Origin: Clostridia bacterium | GTDB taxonomy: Bacteria; Bacillota; Clostridia; Oscillospirales; CAG-272 | DNA: 64,000 nucleotides | Assembly: GCA_017467105.1 (NCBI GenBank) | Contig: JAFTSU010000028.1 | Span: 15,217-79,216, forward strand | Reading direction: 5' to 3' | In this document: positions 11,427-21,483 of the stretch, piece after piece | Layout of the letters: each line of letters begins with the position of its first letter | Position numbering within the stretch: position 1 is the first letter of the stretch | Notes under the pieces: model-generated | Database searches by the model: none | Told to the model about the DNA's origin: nothing | The model's input: only the letters and a program-made list of their open reading frames with translations | Position numbers and translations under genes: made by a program

Positions 11427-12704
11427 TTATGCTAGAAGCAGCTTTTCTATAGCCGCAAGGCGCACCGCTACCGTAAGTATGGCTGTTGCTGTCCTTAGCT
11501 CGTCATTGGTGGGATAGGTTGGGGCAATACGAAGATTCTCGTCTCTCGGATCTACACCGTATGGGAAGGTTGCGCCAACAGACGTCAGAGTCACTCCTGC
11601 GTCCTTCATAAGCTCGAATACCCTACGCGCAGTACCGGGCATAACGTTCAGAGATACGAAATAACCGCCGCGCGGCTTAGTCCATTCCGCTATGCCAAGT
11701 CCGTCAAGGGTGTCAAGTGCGGAAAGGGTGATATTGAACTTCTCACCGATAAACTCAGCCAAACGCATCATATGCTTGTGCACTGCCGCGCCATCCTTGA
11801 AATACGCGGTGTGACGAAGCTGATTCAGCTTATCGTAGCCGATCGTCTGAACACCAAGATAGGTAGATATCTGCTTAAGGTTAGCCGGAGAAGCCGCCAT
11901 AAGAGCGACTCCGGCGCCCGGGAACGTGATCTTGGAGGTTGAGGAATAGTAGAATACGCGGTCGAGGTTGCCGTACTTCTCTGCCTCGGTAAAGATATCA
12001 AGGAGGTGGTCGCCCTCCTCACCGAGATCGTGTACGGCGTAGGCGTTATCCCACATTATACGGAAATCGGGCGCCGCGCACTTCATTGACGCGAGACGGC
12101 GTACCGTGTCATCGGAATAGGTGTTGCCCGTTGGATTGGAGTACTTGGGAACGCACCAGATACCCTTAACGGCAGGATCGAGAACAAGCTTCTCGACCAT
12201 ATCCATATCAGGTCCGGTTGAGGTCATAGGAACAGACAAAAGCTCAAAGCCGAGATACTCGGTCATCTTGAAATGTCTGTCATAGCCGGGCGTTATGCAG
12301 ATCCACTTAAGCTTCTCCTCCTTGCACCAGGGGCGAGGAGACCCCAGCACGCCGAAAAGCATAGCTCTGGTCAGCGTATCGTACATAAGCTGAAGTGAGG
12401 AGTTACCTCCTACCGCGATATATTCCTGCTTAAGCCCAAGCATATCAGCAAACAGGCGCTTCATCTCCGGGATACCGTCAAGAACTCCGTAGTTACGGCA
12501 ATCGACTCCGTTTTCTGAAAAGCACTTCTCTCTGGGACGCGCCTCAGACAATAGCGGAAGGCTGATATCCAGCTGATCGGAATTAGGCTTGCCGCGCGAT
12601 AGGTCTAAATTCAGCCCCTGACTCTTATATTCCTCGTAGGAACGAAGCACCGCTTCCTTTTCTTCCAGAAGCTCTGCCCTGCTCATTTCTGTATATTTTT
12701 TCAT
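11427..12704 (-). CDS. Class I/II PLP-dependent aminotransferase
   Basis: 425 aa with LDLSRGKP near the N-terminus and the candidate PLP-lysine region YSSTSKITFPGAG. Substrate not assignable. Confidence 0.75.
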   Translation of the reverse strand: MKKYTEMSRAELLEEKEAVLRSYEEYKSQGLNLDLSRGKPNSDQLDISLPLLSEARPREKCFSENGVDCRNYGVLDGIPEMKRLFADMLGLKQEYIAVGGNSSLQLMYDTLTRAMLFGVLGSPRPWCKEEKLKWICITPGYDRHFKMTEYLGFELLSVPMTSTGPDMDMVEKLVLDPAVKGIWCVPKYSNPTGNTYSDDTVRRLASMKCAAPDFRIMWDNAYAVHDLGEEGDHLLDIFTEAEKYGNLDRVFYYSSTSKITFPGAGVALMAASPANLKQISTYLGVQTIGYDKLNQLRHTAYFKDGAAVHKHMMRLAEFIGEKFNITLSALDTLDGLGIAEWTKPRGGYFVSLNVMPGTARRVFELMKDAGVTLTSVGATFPYGVDPRDENLRIAPTYPTNDELRTATAILTVAVRLAAIEKLLLA

Positions 12705-12943
12705 TTTCTTACCCTTTTATTGTCAAATTTGAATATTTGAGTGACAAAAAATTCATTTTATGTCAAAAACTCTTATATATTATAGTATATTCTGAATGTT
12801 TTTTCAAGTCCTATTGCAAAAATTCTCGGTTTATTAACAAATATTTTTGATTTATCCCTTTTAGCGTTTTTTTGACTTTGCTAAAGTATGCTCTTTTTCT
12901 ATACCACTTTAAACAAAAATACGCCTGTAGCTAACAAAACCGC

Positions 12944-12972
12944 TTGACAAAGCGTTAAAATTAGTATATAAT
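12944..12972 (+). promoter_or_regulatory. Consensus sigma-A promoter of proS
   Basis: TTGACA (12944-12949), 17 nt, TATAAT (12967-12972). The leader is only about 35 nt, so there is no room for a T-box. Confidence 0.75.
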
Positions 12973-13012
12973 TTATCCTGATATATTGTTTACGAAAGGA
13001 CATTTCACTATT

Positions 13013-14452
13013 ATGGCTAACGACAAGAAGCTTGTGGAGCAGATAACCTCTATGGATGAGGACTTCGCAAAGTGGTATACAGATATAGTTAAGAAGGCTG
13101 ACCTTATCGACTACTCAAGCGTTAAGGGCTGTATGATCATACGCCCCTACGGATATGCAATCTGGGAGAATATACAGAAGATCCTGGATGCAAGATTTAA
13201 GGCGACGGGTGTTGAGAACGTTTATATGCCTATGTTCATACCCGAGTCCCTTTTGAAAAAGGAAAAGGATCACGTGGAGGGCTTTGCGCCTGAGGTTGCA
13301 TGGGTAACTCACGGTGGTAATGAGAAGCTTGCCGAGAGACTTTGCGTTCGTCCTACTTCCGAGACTCTCTTCTGCGAGCATTACGCAAACATAATAAAAT
13401 CCTACAGAGATCTGCCCAAGGTATACAATCAGTGGTGCTCTGTCGTACGTTGGGAGAAGACTACCCGTCCCTTCCTTCGCTCCCGTGAATTCCTCTGGCA
13501 AGAGGGTCACACTATGCACAGAACCGCCGAGGAGGCCGAGGAGAGAACCGTTCAGATGCTGAACGTTTACGCAGATTTCTTTGAGAATGATCTGGGTATT
13601 CCCGTCGTTAAGGGACGTAAGACCGACAAGGAGAAGTTCGCGGGCGCTGAGGCTACGTACACCGTTGAGGCGCTTATGCACGACGGAAAGGCTCTGCAAG
13701 GCGGTACCTCCCACAACTTCGGTAACGGCTTTGCTAAGGCATTTGATATTCAGTTCCTCGACAGCGATAACACCCTTAAGTATGCGTACGAGACCTCTTG
13801 GGGCGTTTCTACACGTATAATCGGCGGTATTATTATGACTCACGGAGACGATTCCGGTCTGGTGCTGCCTCCAAGCGTTGCTCCTATTCAAGTCGTGGTT
13901 ATTCCCGTTCAGCAGCATAAGGAGGGCGTTCTGGACGCTGCAAGAGGTCTTGTTGAGACTCTCCAGGCGGCAGGTATCAGGGTCAAGATGGACGACTCCG
14001 ATCAATCTCCCGGATGGAAATTTGCTGAATACGAGATGAAGGGTGTTCCTCTCAGAGTTGAGATAGGACCCAGAGATCTCTCTGAAAAGAAGTGCGTTAT
14101 AGTTCGCCGCGACAACAGAGCGAAGTCCTTTGTGTCTATCGACAATCTTGTAGATGAGGTCAACGCGTCTCTCAAGGCGCTTCGCGACGCTCTCTACGAG
14201 AAGGCTCTGGCAAACAGAGACGCACGTACCTTTACCGCTACTACCCTTGACGAGCTTAAGGATATCGCATCCCGCGAGAATGGATATATCAAGGCTATGT
14301 GGTGCGGAGATCTGGAATGTGAGCTTAAGCTCAAGGAGGAGGCTGACGTTTCCTCCAGATGTATTCCCTTTGATGCGGAAGCCGTGGGTGACAGATGTGT
14401 ATGCTGCGGCAAGGAAGCAAAAAAGACAGTTCTCTGGGGTAAGGCATACTGA
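13013..14452 (+). CDS. proS: Prolyl-tRNA synthetase (archaeal/eukaryote-like class IIa, no insertion editing domain)
   Basis: About 480 aa. Class II motifs, the anticodon-binding domain and the C-terminal Zn-type domain ending ...WGKAY. ATG 13013 is preferred over the TTG 12986 track start, which would sit on the transcription start. Confidence 0.95.
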   Translation: MANDKKLVEQITSMDEDFAKWYTDIVKKADLIDYSSVKGCMIIRPYGYAIWENIQKILDARFKATGVENVYMPMFIPESLLKKEKDHVEGFAPEVAWVTHGGNEKLAERLCVRPTSETLFCEHYANIIKSYRDLPKVYNQWCSVVRWEKTTRPFLRSREFLWQEGHTMHRTAEEAEERTVQMLNVYADFFENDLGIPVVKGRKTDKEKFAGAEATYTVEALMHDGKALQGGTSHNFGNGFAKAFDIQFLDSDNTLKYAYETSWGVSTRIIGGIIMTHGDDSGLVLPPSVAPIQVVVIPVQQHKEGVLDAARGLVETLQAAGIRVKMDDSDQSPGWKFAEYEMKGVPLRVEIGPRDLSEKKCVIVRRDNRAKSFVSIDNLVDEVNASLKALRDALYEKALANRDARTFTATTLDELKDIASRENGYIKAMWCGDLECELKLKEEADVSSRCIPFDAEAVGDRCVCCGKEAKKTVLWGKAY

Positions 14453-14485
14453 TATAAGTCTTTAAAACTATAAGGAGAAACGGAT

Positions 14486-15277
14486 ATGGCGGAAGGTGAT
14501 TTCAAGCTTTCAACGTTCAGAACGTCTGACGGAAGTAATATAAAATTTGAATATCACAGAGCGCTTTCATCCACCGTTCAGCTGGCGCGGAAGTACGCAA
14601 ACGAGGGCTATGATGACAGATACGTTATCTTCACGGATGCTCAGTCCGCCTCCCCCATTACAGCTACTAAGCTTCCGGACGGAGAATATGAAAGAGGAGT
14701 ATTTATGTCTATACTTCTGCGCCCCACATTCTTTCCTTCTCAAGCCAGCATGCTGGGACATCTCTCCGCTGTTGGACTGATCACTGCGTTGGAGGAGCAT
14801 ACTACTCTGCCGTTGGGACTTGGATGGGTAAGCGATATCTACTGCGACGGTCTGCGTATTGGCGGATGCGCCGTTGAGGGAAAGCTGAATTCCTTCTCCT
14901 CATACGAATATCTTATCGTTACTATGGCTGTTAAGCTCACCAAGGAAAGCTTTCCACCGAGGCTTTCCGATATGATACGAAAGGTTTTCGAGAGTGATAA
15001 CGCTCCGATATCTATGCTGATAGCACAGAACGTGCTGAACAAGTTCTTCGCCGCGTATACGAGCATAAGAAGCCCGGGTAAATATATGGATGCGTATTAC
15101 AGAAAATTTGCTCTGCGCGATAAAAAAATCAAGTATATCGACGGCGATAAAAAGCGCACCGGCAGAGTCGTGGACGTAGACCGTACCTCAGGCATGCTGC
15201 TTTTAGAGGTCAAGGGCGGACAGACCAGAGAGATAAGATCCCCCTCATCCGTAATAATGCCAAAAAAGATAAAATAA
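14486..15277 (+). CDS. Biotin protein ligase (BPL/LplA/LipB fold) homologue lacking the catalytic motifs
   Basis: 263 aa. BirA-like layout (..VIFTDAQS..., ILLRP, GLGWVSDIYCDGLRIGGCAVEG, C-terminal SH3-like GRVVDVD..G.LLLE). The GRGRxGRxW loop is absent, KWPND reads GWVSD, and the catalytic-Lys position (K-x-x-GIL) reads R-I-G-G. Confidence 0.6.
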   Translation: MAEGDFKLSTFRTSDGSNIKFEYHRALSSTVQLARKYANEGYDDRYVIFTDAQSASPITATKLPDGEYERGVFMSILLRPTFFPSQASMLGHLSAVGLITALEEHTTLPLGLGWVSDIYCDGLRIGGCAVEGKLNSFSSYEYLIVTMAVKLTKESFPPRLSDMIRKVFESDNAPISMLIAQNVLNKFFAAYTSIRSPGKYMDAYYRKFALRDKKIKYIDGDKKRTGRVVDVDRTSGMLLLEVKGGQTREIRSPSSVIMPKKIK

Positions 15278-15282
15278 AAGTG

Positions 15283-15340
15283 AAGCCTCTCAGAGCTGTT
15301 TACCATTTGGTAATTCAGACCTGAGAGGCTTTCATTTTTT
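15283..15340 (+). terminator. Terminator after the BPL-like gene
   Basis: AAGCCTCTCAG (15283-15293) pairs with CTGAGAGGCTT (15321-15331), followed by TCATTTTTT. Confidence 0.6.
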
Positions 15341-15493
15341 CTTATACTTTTAGAAACTCTTTTTTGCTGCTTTGATCTTTTTCCTTAACAAAGCTATTAT
15401 CCAAAAGGCAATCCTTTCTCACTAAAAATGCTGATAACAATCCGTTTTCAAGCCAAACGTTGATATGGATCTATTATTTCTAAACATACAAAA

Positions 15494-15517
15494 GGCAGGA
15501 CGGTCACCCGTCCTGCC
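15494..15517. terminator. Bidirectional GC-rich hairpin downstream of the LRR lipoprotein gene
   Basis: GGCAGGACGG (15494-15503), TCAC loop, CCGTCCTGCC (15508-15517). T-runs on both strands. Confidence 0.7.
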
Positions 15518-15551
15518 TCTATTTTTCTGAAGCATCAGAATATAACGTTAA

Positions 15552-18440
15552 TTATTCAGCAGCCTCTTCGTCACTACCCTGATAGATAGTGTAGGAACCG
15601 TCTTCGTTAATTTCGAAGCCGTAGAAGCCCTCGTCAACCTCAGGATTATAGACCATAAGACATACTTTAACGCCCTCAGGAAGAGTTACGCCTGCGGTAA
15701 GAGCCTTCCAGGTAACAGAAGCACTCTCGTAGTAGATAGTCTCTATAGCCTTACCTTCGAATACGTTTGCGTGAAGACCCTGAACGGTGCTGGGAATATA
15801 GAGTTCCTTAACAGCGGTGCAGCCGTCAAGCGCGCCCTCTGCAATCGCGATGGTGTAGAAGGGTACCTCGACGAACGCAGCGTCGGTCTTGGTCGCAAGA
15901 AGGTATTCGTTAATGATAAGAAGGCCCTTGCTATTGTAGGATGCGGTGTTTGCAAGAACGCCTGTACCTGCAAAAGCAGTCTTGGGAATTATACGAACGT
16001 CGCCACCCTTGAACTGAATAGACGTAACACCTGTATAGCCGTTAACAAGATTAGCGGATACGGAGGTAATATGTCCCTCTATAACAACAGAGGATATAGA
16101 ATCCTTAGCTGCGTACCAGGGAGCTTTATCTGCCGATTCGAAGTCGTACATTACAGCGGGACCGCCGAGAGTAAGAACGCCGTTATCAAGCTTCCAAGCA
16201 ACGATGGACTTGTTTGCGCCTTCCCACCAATAATTACCGGACTCAGCTGTAGGAGCCTCTGTCTTTGCATATACGGTAGCACGCATACCGGTGAACGCGT
16301 CATTTGAGGTAACGATCTTATCCGTTGCGACGCCTGATTTAACAACCGCACAGGAAGCGGCATCAGTACCTTTGAAGTATACAGAGGTCATAATTGAACA
16401 TCCGCTGAAAGCGGTAACGTCTATAGTCTTAACGCTTGCGGGGATCTGAATATCAGAAATAGAAACGAGGCCTGCAAACGCATAGCTTCCTATATGCTCG
16501 ATATAGCAATCCTCGGCAAATACAACTGCCTTAACCTTGCCGGCGTTAGAACGTCCGTTCGCCCACAGACCGCCTGTATCCTCGGGTGCCAGGTAATCCC
16601 AGATCTTGAATACGCCGAGAGCGGACTGATCAGCCGCGATCTTGGTGGCAAGATCAGCTACGGTCGCGCAGGATGCATAAGTAGCATCACCAACTGAGAA
16701 TGTCGCCATAAGGTTAGCTGCGAATTCATCAGCCTTATCTGCGGCGATCACATCGGAAATAGCGGTAGAAGCGTTAACGGTCTTGCTGTACTTAGAAGCG
16801 AAGAAGCTGATAACGTTCTCCTCAGTACCGCGCTTAGCAACAGTACCAATAGAAACAATACCGTCGCTGTAGGACCATCTGATACCGTTGTTCTTGCTGA
16901 GATAGCCGGAAGCCTTGCTACCCTTTATGTAAGAGCTGCAGGTTACCTTGATATCACCGGAGAATACTGTGCCCTCCTTGATAACCATCTCGACCTCTGC
17001 GCCGGTGCTCTTGTCGACGGGATAGTCGAAGCTTACGAACTCGAAGCCGTGATACTTAAGAGTCTTGGGATAAAGCTCGTTAGCCTTGGTAGCCGTTGCC
17101 TTAACTACCGCAACGGTCTCCTTATGGGTAACGGTCTCCTCTTCACCGGTCTCCTCGTTAACTATAATCTCCTCAACGTCAACCTCCTCGTAGGTAACGT
17201 CGGTCTTGAGGTAATCGAATGCGAAGGGTATCTTGGAGCCGTAGATCGAGGAGTCAAGCATATACTTAACGATGAAGTACTTTGGAACAGGCTCGCCTGT
17301 AGTCTCGTCGTATGACCAATACGGACCGGGTGTAGTCTCTACGAGAGAGAGATCCTCAGGTGTATAGTATACGGATGCAAGATCGCTGAACCAAGTGTTG
17401 CTTATGCCTATTTCAATAGAATTGAAGTGAGCCTCTGTACCTCTGGAATAAACCGTCTTAAGCTTAGACATATTCTCCGATCCGTTGGTTGAGCCGGGAT
17501 GGAAAGCGGATGCGCCTATAGACTTAAGAGATGCGGGAATAACGACGTAGGTCGCATTATTGGAGCCGTTGAACGCAGAACTTCCGATAGTCTCGAGACC
17601 GTCGTTCAGAACGATGCCCTTAAGAGCCGTGTTGTAGGAGAATGCGTTATCACCAAGGGTAACAAGATTCTCGGGAGTCTCGAGAAGCTTAAGCTTCTTA
17701 TTATTCTTGAACGCAGAATCGCGGATCTCAACAAGAGACTCGGGGAATACGATCTCGCTGACATTGGTCAGACCGTTGAAGGTATTCTTACCTATAACGG
17801 TAACGCCCTCTTCTATTACTATTCTGTGGATGGTCGTACGCACATCGTACCAAGGAACAGTAATAGGCTCTGCGTTCTCGTAGTCAAAGGTAGAGCCTGT
17901 ACCCTTAATGGTAAGGGTGTTGATCGCTTCCTTGCCCTCGCCCACAGTTGTGATTTTCCAGGAAACGTTGGTACCTGCAAGATCACCTCTGTCTGCATAG
18001 AACACAAGGTCCTTTGTAATAGCGCCGGTTGCCGAAGCAAAATCGTAAGCAGAGCCTGCTACAGCGTTGTTCTCGCTATCCCACTCGGAATACCAGCCTG
18101 CGAAGCCGTAGCCCTTGTAAAGAATAGCGTCTATCTTTGCCTTATGCTCAGCGGTAAAACCTGTATTGTTTACGGGGATCTCAATACGCTCAACGCGCTG
18201 GTTGTACTCCTTAACTTCCATTCTGTCGAAGTCGTTGATATAGGTAGTGGTATACCTGTATACGAAATCGACAAGATAAGTATCGATCGCAGGATCGGGA
18301 TTGGGAACAATAGTGATATCGGTACCACCTGCTCCGCCTCCTGCAGAGCCTGAGCCTTCGCCACCGTCACACGATACGCAAACAAAAATCAGTGTGAGAG
18401 CAAGAAGAGCGGCCAGGAGTAATTTCAAATAGCTTTTCAT
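15552..18440 (-). CDS. Large surface lipoprotein with BspA-type leucine-rich repeats
   Basis: 962 aa. Signal peptide with lipobox (LIFVCVS-C), a Gly-rich linker, and repeated I..IG..AF.G...L..I.IP motifs (e.g. IGKNTFNGLTNVSEIVFPESL, IGSYAFAGLVSISDIQIPASV). Confidence 0.7.
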   Translation of the reverse strand: MKSYLKLLLAALLALTLIFVCVSCDGGEGSGSAGGGAGGTDITIVPNPDPAIDTYLVDFVYRYTTTYINDFDRMEVKEYNQRVERIEIPVNNTGFTAEHKAKIDAILYKGYGFAGWYSEWDSENNAVAGSAYDFASATGAITKDLVFYADRGDLAGTNVSWKITTVGEGKEAINTLTIKGTGSTFDYENAEPITVPWYDVRTTIHRIVIEEGVTVIGKNTFNGLTNVSEIVFPESLVEIRDSAFKNNKKLKLLETPENLVTLGDNAFSYNTALKGIVLNDGLETIGSSAFNGSNNATYVVIPASLKSIGASAFHPGSTNGSENMSKLKTVYSRGTEAHFNSIEIGISNTWFSDLASVYYTPEDLSLVETTPGPYWSYDETTGEPVPKYFIVKYMLDSSIYGSKIPFAFDYLKTDVTYEEVDVEEIIVNEETGEEETVTHKETVAVVKATATKANELYPKTLKYHGFEFVSFDYPVDKSTGAEVEMVIKEGTVFSGDIKVTCSSYIKGSKASGYLSKNNGIRWSYSDGIVSIGTVAKRGTEENVISFFASKYSKTVNASTAISDVIAADKADEFAANLMATFSVGDATYASCATVADLATKIAADQSALGVFKIWDYLAPEDTGGLWANGRSNAGKVKAVVFAEDCYIEHIGSYAFAGLVSISDIQIPASVKTIDVTAFSGCSIMTSVYFKGTDAASCAVVKSGVATDKIVTSNDAFTGMRATVYAKTEAPTAESGNYWWEGANKSIVAWKLDNGVLTLGGPAVMYDFESADKAPWYAAKDSISSVVIEGHITSVSANLVNGYTGVTSIQFKGGDVRIIPKTAFAGTGVLANTASYNSKGLLIINEYLLATKTDAAFVEVPFYTIAIAEGALDGCTAVKELYIPSTVQGLHANVFEGKAIETIYYESASVTWKALTAGVTLPEGVKVCLMVYNPEVDEGFYGFEINEDGSYTIYQGSDEEAAE

Positions 18441-18573
18441 CTTTTTCTCCTTTTCGGGAATTTCCCTATTTTTATAGGTAATATAATTTTAACACAAAAC
18501 ATTTGTTATTTCAAGGAGTGTTTCGTGTTTTTTTCATTTTCTGCTTTTTGCACATTAAGAGAGGAGCTTTTTT

Positions 18574-19209
18574 ATGCATATTAACGAATTTTTAAGCAAA
18601 TTCAAGGGTTTTCTATGCTTTTTAGAAGGTACAACGGCTATATTTTTTTGGGTTCTCATCATATACGGCTTCGGCAGTCCCTTCGTTGCGGGGCTTACCC
18701 TAATATCCGTCCTTATTCACGAATGCGGACACGAGTGCTGCCTGCTGCTTATAAACGGAAGGGGAGGCCGAATACTCGGACACGCCAACGGCTTTAGGAT
18801 AAAAAACGAGGATACTCTTTCTTATTCAAAAGAGATTTGGCTCTACGCCTCAGGAGCCGTGGCTAATTTTGCGACCGCCTTACTTGCCCTGCTCCTTGGA
18901 ATCACATTCGAAATCCACGTTAATACCTTTATTATAGTTAACGTGATCACAGCCATCTCGAATCTTCTGCCTGTAAGAAACTACGACGGCTACGGTATTA
19001 TACGCTCGCTGATCGACAGATGCTGCGCGCCCTTGTGGGCGTACAGGACTCTGGACACTATTTCTCTCGCAGTATCCTCGTTTGCGGTGACGCTGTCTCT
19101 TTATTTGATGTGGAGCTTTGGGGAGGGATATTGGATATACGGCGTTTTTCTTATCTCCGTGATCTCTGAGCTTGATAATCTGTTCGGAAAGCAAAAAACG
19201 GGATTTTAG
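18574..19209 (+). CDS. Minimal site-2 protease (peptidase M50) family membrane protein
   Basis: 211 aa, polytopic. HExxH (LIHECGHE) inside a TM helix plus the second S2P motif NLLPVRNYDGYGI (NxxPxxxxDG). No PDZ or CBS domain. Confidence 0.6.
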   Translation: MHINEFLSKFKGFLCFLEGTTAIFFWVLIIYGFGSPFVAGLTLISVLIHECGHECCLLLINGRGGRILGHANGFRIKNEDTLSYSKEIWLYASGAVANFATALLALLLGITFEIHVNTFIIVNVITAISNLLPVRNYDGYGIIRSLIDRCCAPLWAYRTLDTISLAVSSFAVTLSLYLMWSFGEGYWIYGVFLISVISELDNLFGKQKTGF

Positions 19210-19247
19210 GAGATTTTGGGAGGTTTTGGGGGTTTTAGGGAGATTTG
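19201..19247 (+). repeat. G/T-rich tandem micro-repeat (about five units of RTTTTRGGR)
   Basis: GGATTTTAGGAGATTTTGGGAGGTTTTGGGGGTTTTAGGGAGATTTG spans the stop codon (19207-19209) of the M50 gene. Confidence 0.8.
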
Positions 19248-19334
19248 TAAAAAAATAGCTGAGATAATTACAGTCAAATACGTTAAATCACGGATAAACC
19301 TCAAAAAAAACAAAAAGAAAAATGTAGAAAACTA

Positions 19335-19363
19335 TTGCAAATTGCAAAGCTTTTTGTTATAAT
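19335..19363 (+). promoter_or_regulatory. sigma-A promoter of potABCD
   Basis: TTGCAA (19335-19340), 17 nt, TATAAT (19358-19363). About 85-nt leader. Confidence 0.7.
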
Positions 19364-19453
19364 ACACCTATTGATAGATCGACAAGTTTTTACAAGACGG
19401 TCTGCAAGAGTAAGGCGCTATGCGTCAGGGAAAGGATCTGAGATTTTAAGAAA

Positions 19454-20572
19454 ATGGCAAAGCTCATTGAGTTAAAGGGGATTTCAAAATCTTTTGATGG
19501 CGAAAAGGTACTTGATTCCATTAATCTTTATATCAAGGACGGCGAGTTTATTACTTTGCTCGGTCCATCCGGCTGTGGCAAGACCACTATGCTGAGGATC
19601 ATCGGCGGATTTGAAACCGCTGACGAGGGCGGACTTTATTTCGACGGCACGGAGATAAGCGACGTTCCCGCTCACAAAAGAAATATCAACACAGTTTTTC
19701 AGAAATACGCGCTGTTCCCTCACCTAAACGTGTATGAAAATATCGCATTTCCTCTCAGGCTGAAGAAGCTGGCTGAGGATACGATACGCGAGAGAGTAGA
19801 GGAAATGCTGAAGATGGTCAAGCTTGCCGGCTTTGAGAACAAGAGCGTCAGCACTTTGTCCGGAGGACAGCAGCAGCGTGTGGCTATCGCAAGAGCACTT
19901 ATCTCTCATCCTAAGGTTCTGTTGCTGGACGAGCCTCTCGGCGCTCTTGATCTGAAGTTGCGCAAGGATATGCAGAACGAGCTTAAGACAATACAACAGG
20001 CTATCGGCATCACGTTCATCTACGTTACACACGATCAGGAGGAGGCACTCTCTATGTCTGACACCATCGTGGTCATCGCAGAGGGCGAGATACAGCAGAT
20101 AGGAACTCCTACCGACATATATAATGAGCCGGAGAACGCCTTCGTCGCGGACTTTATCGGCGAGAGTAATATAATTGACGGAACTATGCTTGAGGACAAG
20201 CTCGTACGCTTCTCCGGTCACACCTTCGACTGCGTTGACGGCGGATTTGAAAAGAACGAGCCTATTGACGTTGTGATAAGACCCGAGGACGTTGACGTAG
20301 TTGCTCCGGAGGCAGGTATGCTGACGGGCAAGGTCACGAGCGTTACCTTCAAGGGCGTGCATTACGAAATTATAGTTGACATTCGCGGATTCAAATGGAT
20401 GATACAGACCACAGACTACGTATCTCCCGATGCTACTATCGGTCTGTATATAGAACCGGATGCGATCCATATTATGAAAAAATCCAAGTATTCGGGAATG
20501 TTCGGCGACTACTCATCCTTCTCCGACGAGATGGACAGACTATCCGACGCTGACGCTGCAGAGGAGTTCTGA
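19454..20572 (+). CDS. potA: Spermidine/putrescine ABC transporter ATP-binding protein
   Basis: Walker [10 protein letters not shown], signature [15 protein letters not shown], Walker B LLLDEP and a C-terminal TOBE-like domain. First gene of a four-gene pot operon. Confidence 0.9.
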   Translation: MAKLIELKGISKSFDGEKVLDSINLYIKDGEFITLLGPSGCGKTTMLRIIGGFETADEGGLYFDGTEISDVPAHKRNINTVFQKYALFPHLNVYENIAFPLRLKKLAEDTIRERVEEMLKMVKLAGFENKSVSTLSGGQQQRVAIARALISHPKVLLLDEPLGALDLKLRKDMQNELKTIQQAIGITFIYVTHDQEEALSMSDTIVVIAEGEIQQIGTPTDIYNEPENAFVADFIGESNIIDGTMLEDKLVRFSGHTFDCVDGGFEKNEPIDVVIRPEDVDVVAPEAGMLTGKVTSVTFKGVHYEIIVDIRGFKWMIQTTDYVSPDATIGLYIEPDAIHIMKKSKYSGMFGDYSSFSDEMDRLSDADAAEEF

Positions 20573-20661
20573 CGGGGCTCACCCAAGCTGTTTTTTCACG
20601 GAGTATTATCACTGATACATAGCTCCGATAAATTTTTGTTATGTCGCTGAGAGGCGACGGA

Positions 20662-21483
20662 ATGGAAATTAAGATGAAGAAAAAGAATTCGATAATGCGG
20701 TCGATCGCGGCAGCTCCACATATTTTTTGGGCTATATTATTCATTGTTCTGCCGCTGATTATCGTACTATATTACGCTTTTACAGATTCCGAAGGCTCGT
20801 TTTCCTTTGAGAATATCGTGTCACTTGGAGACTATGCTCCAATATTCACTTTGTCCGTTGAGTTATCCGTAATAGCTACCTTCGTATGCCTGATCATCGG
20901 TTACCCGCTGGCATACATAATCGCTAAGGCAAAGCCGGAGAAGCAGAGGCTGTACGTTATGCTTCTGATGCTTCCGATGTGGACGAATCTGTTGATTCGT
21001 ACTTACTCTATTATGGCGATACTTGACGACGGAGGATTTCTTAATACTCTGCTCGGCACCACTATGCATATAGTAGGAACGAAGGGCGCCGTCATATTCG
21101 GTATGGTTTACGATTTCCTGCCCTATATGGTTCTGCCCATTTACACCTGCGTATCAAAGATAGATAAGCATATGTGGGAGGCGGCAAGCGACCTTGGCTG
21201 CAAGCCTATTCAGGTCATGACAAGAGTTATACTTCCCCTCTCTATGTCCGGTATTATATCCGGAGTAACTATGGTTCTCGTACCTTCTATCAGCACGTTC
21301 TACATTTCTCAGAAGCTGGGTGGAGGAACCTTTGAGCTGATAGGTGATACCATCGAGAGACAGTTCGTCACCGGCGCTCTGAATACGGGAGCCGCAATAT
21401 CGCTGGTTATGATGGTGCTGATAATTATTTCCCTTACCATAATGAACCGTTTCTCTGACGAGGAAGGGGGTATTATCGTATGA
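20662..21483 (+). CDS. potB: Spermidine/putrescine ABC transporter permease
   Basis: Six-TM ABC permease with an EAA-like loop (EAASDLGCKPIQVMTRVILP). ATG 20662 is preferred because GAGG lies upstream; the track start is 20641. Confidence 0.85.
   Translation: MEIKMKKKNSIMRSIAAAPHIFWAILFIVLPLIIVLYYAFTDSEGSFSFENIVSLGDYAPIFTLSVELSVIATFVCLIIGYPLAYIIAKAKPEKQRLYVMLLMLPMWTNLLIRTYSIMAILDDGGFLNTLLGTTMHIVGTKGAVIFGMVYDFLPYMVLPIYTCVSKIDKHMWEAASDLGCKPIQVMTRVILPLSMSGIISGVTMVLVPSISTFYISQKLGGGTFELIGDTIERQFVTGALNTGAAISLVMMVLIIISLTIMNRFSDEEGGIIV

Noticed and set aside
12705-13012. Looked for T-box leaders upstream of proS, and upstream of the cmk-like/argS operon at 52672-52760
   Set aside because: Consensus promoters leave leaders of only about 35-50 nt. 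No AGAGA, F-box or GGUGG T-box elements are present.
13115-14005. 296-aa ORF antisense to proS
   Set aside because: It lies entirely inside and opposite a gene with unmistakable ProRS motifs. It has no SD, no recognisable domain and low-complexity Leu/Ser/Arg-rich content typical of antisense frames in 50% GC coding DNA.
17499-18353. 284-aa plus-strand ORF inside the LRR lipoprotein gene. Similar long shadow ORFs occur at 19724-20470 (in potA), 56357-57133 (in sdaA), 38014-38550 (in the MATE gene) and 32100-33198 (in mutL).
   Set aside because: All are antisense to genes with strong family signatures. None has an SD, a start context or motifs.
19207-19453. Possible TAG read-through extending the M50 ORF (..GF*EILGGFGGFREICKK..) for about 80 codons
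   Set aside because: The extension runs through the potA promoter, is Lys-rich and AT-rich like non-coding DNA, and nothing in the window suggests recoding of TAG. The open frame is most simply chance.
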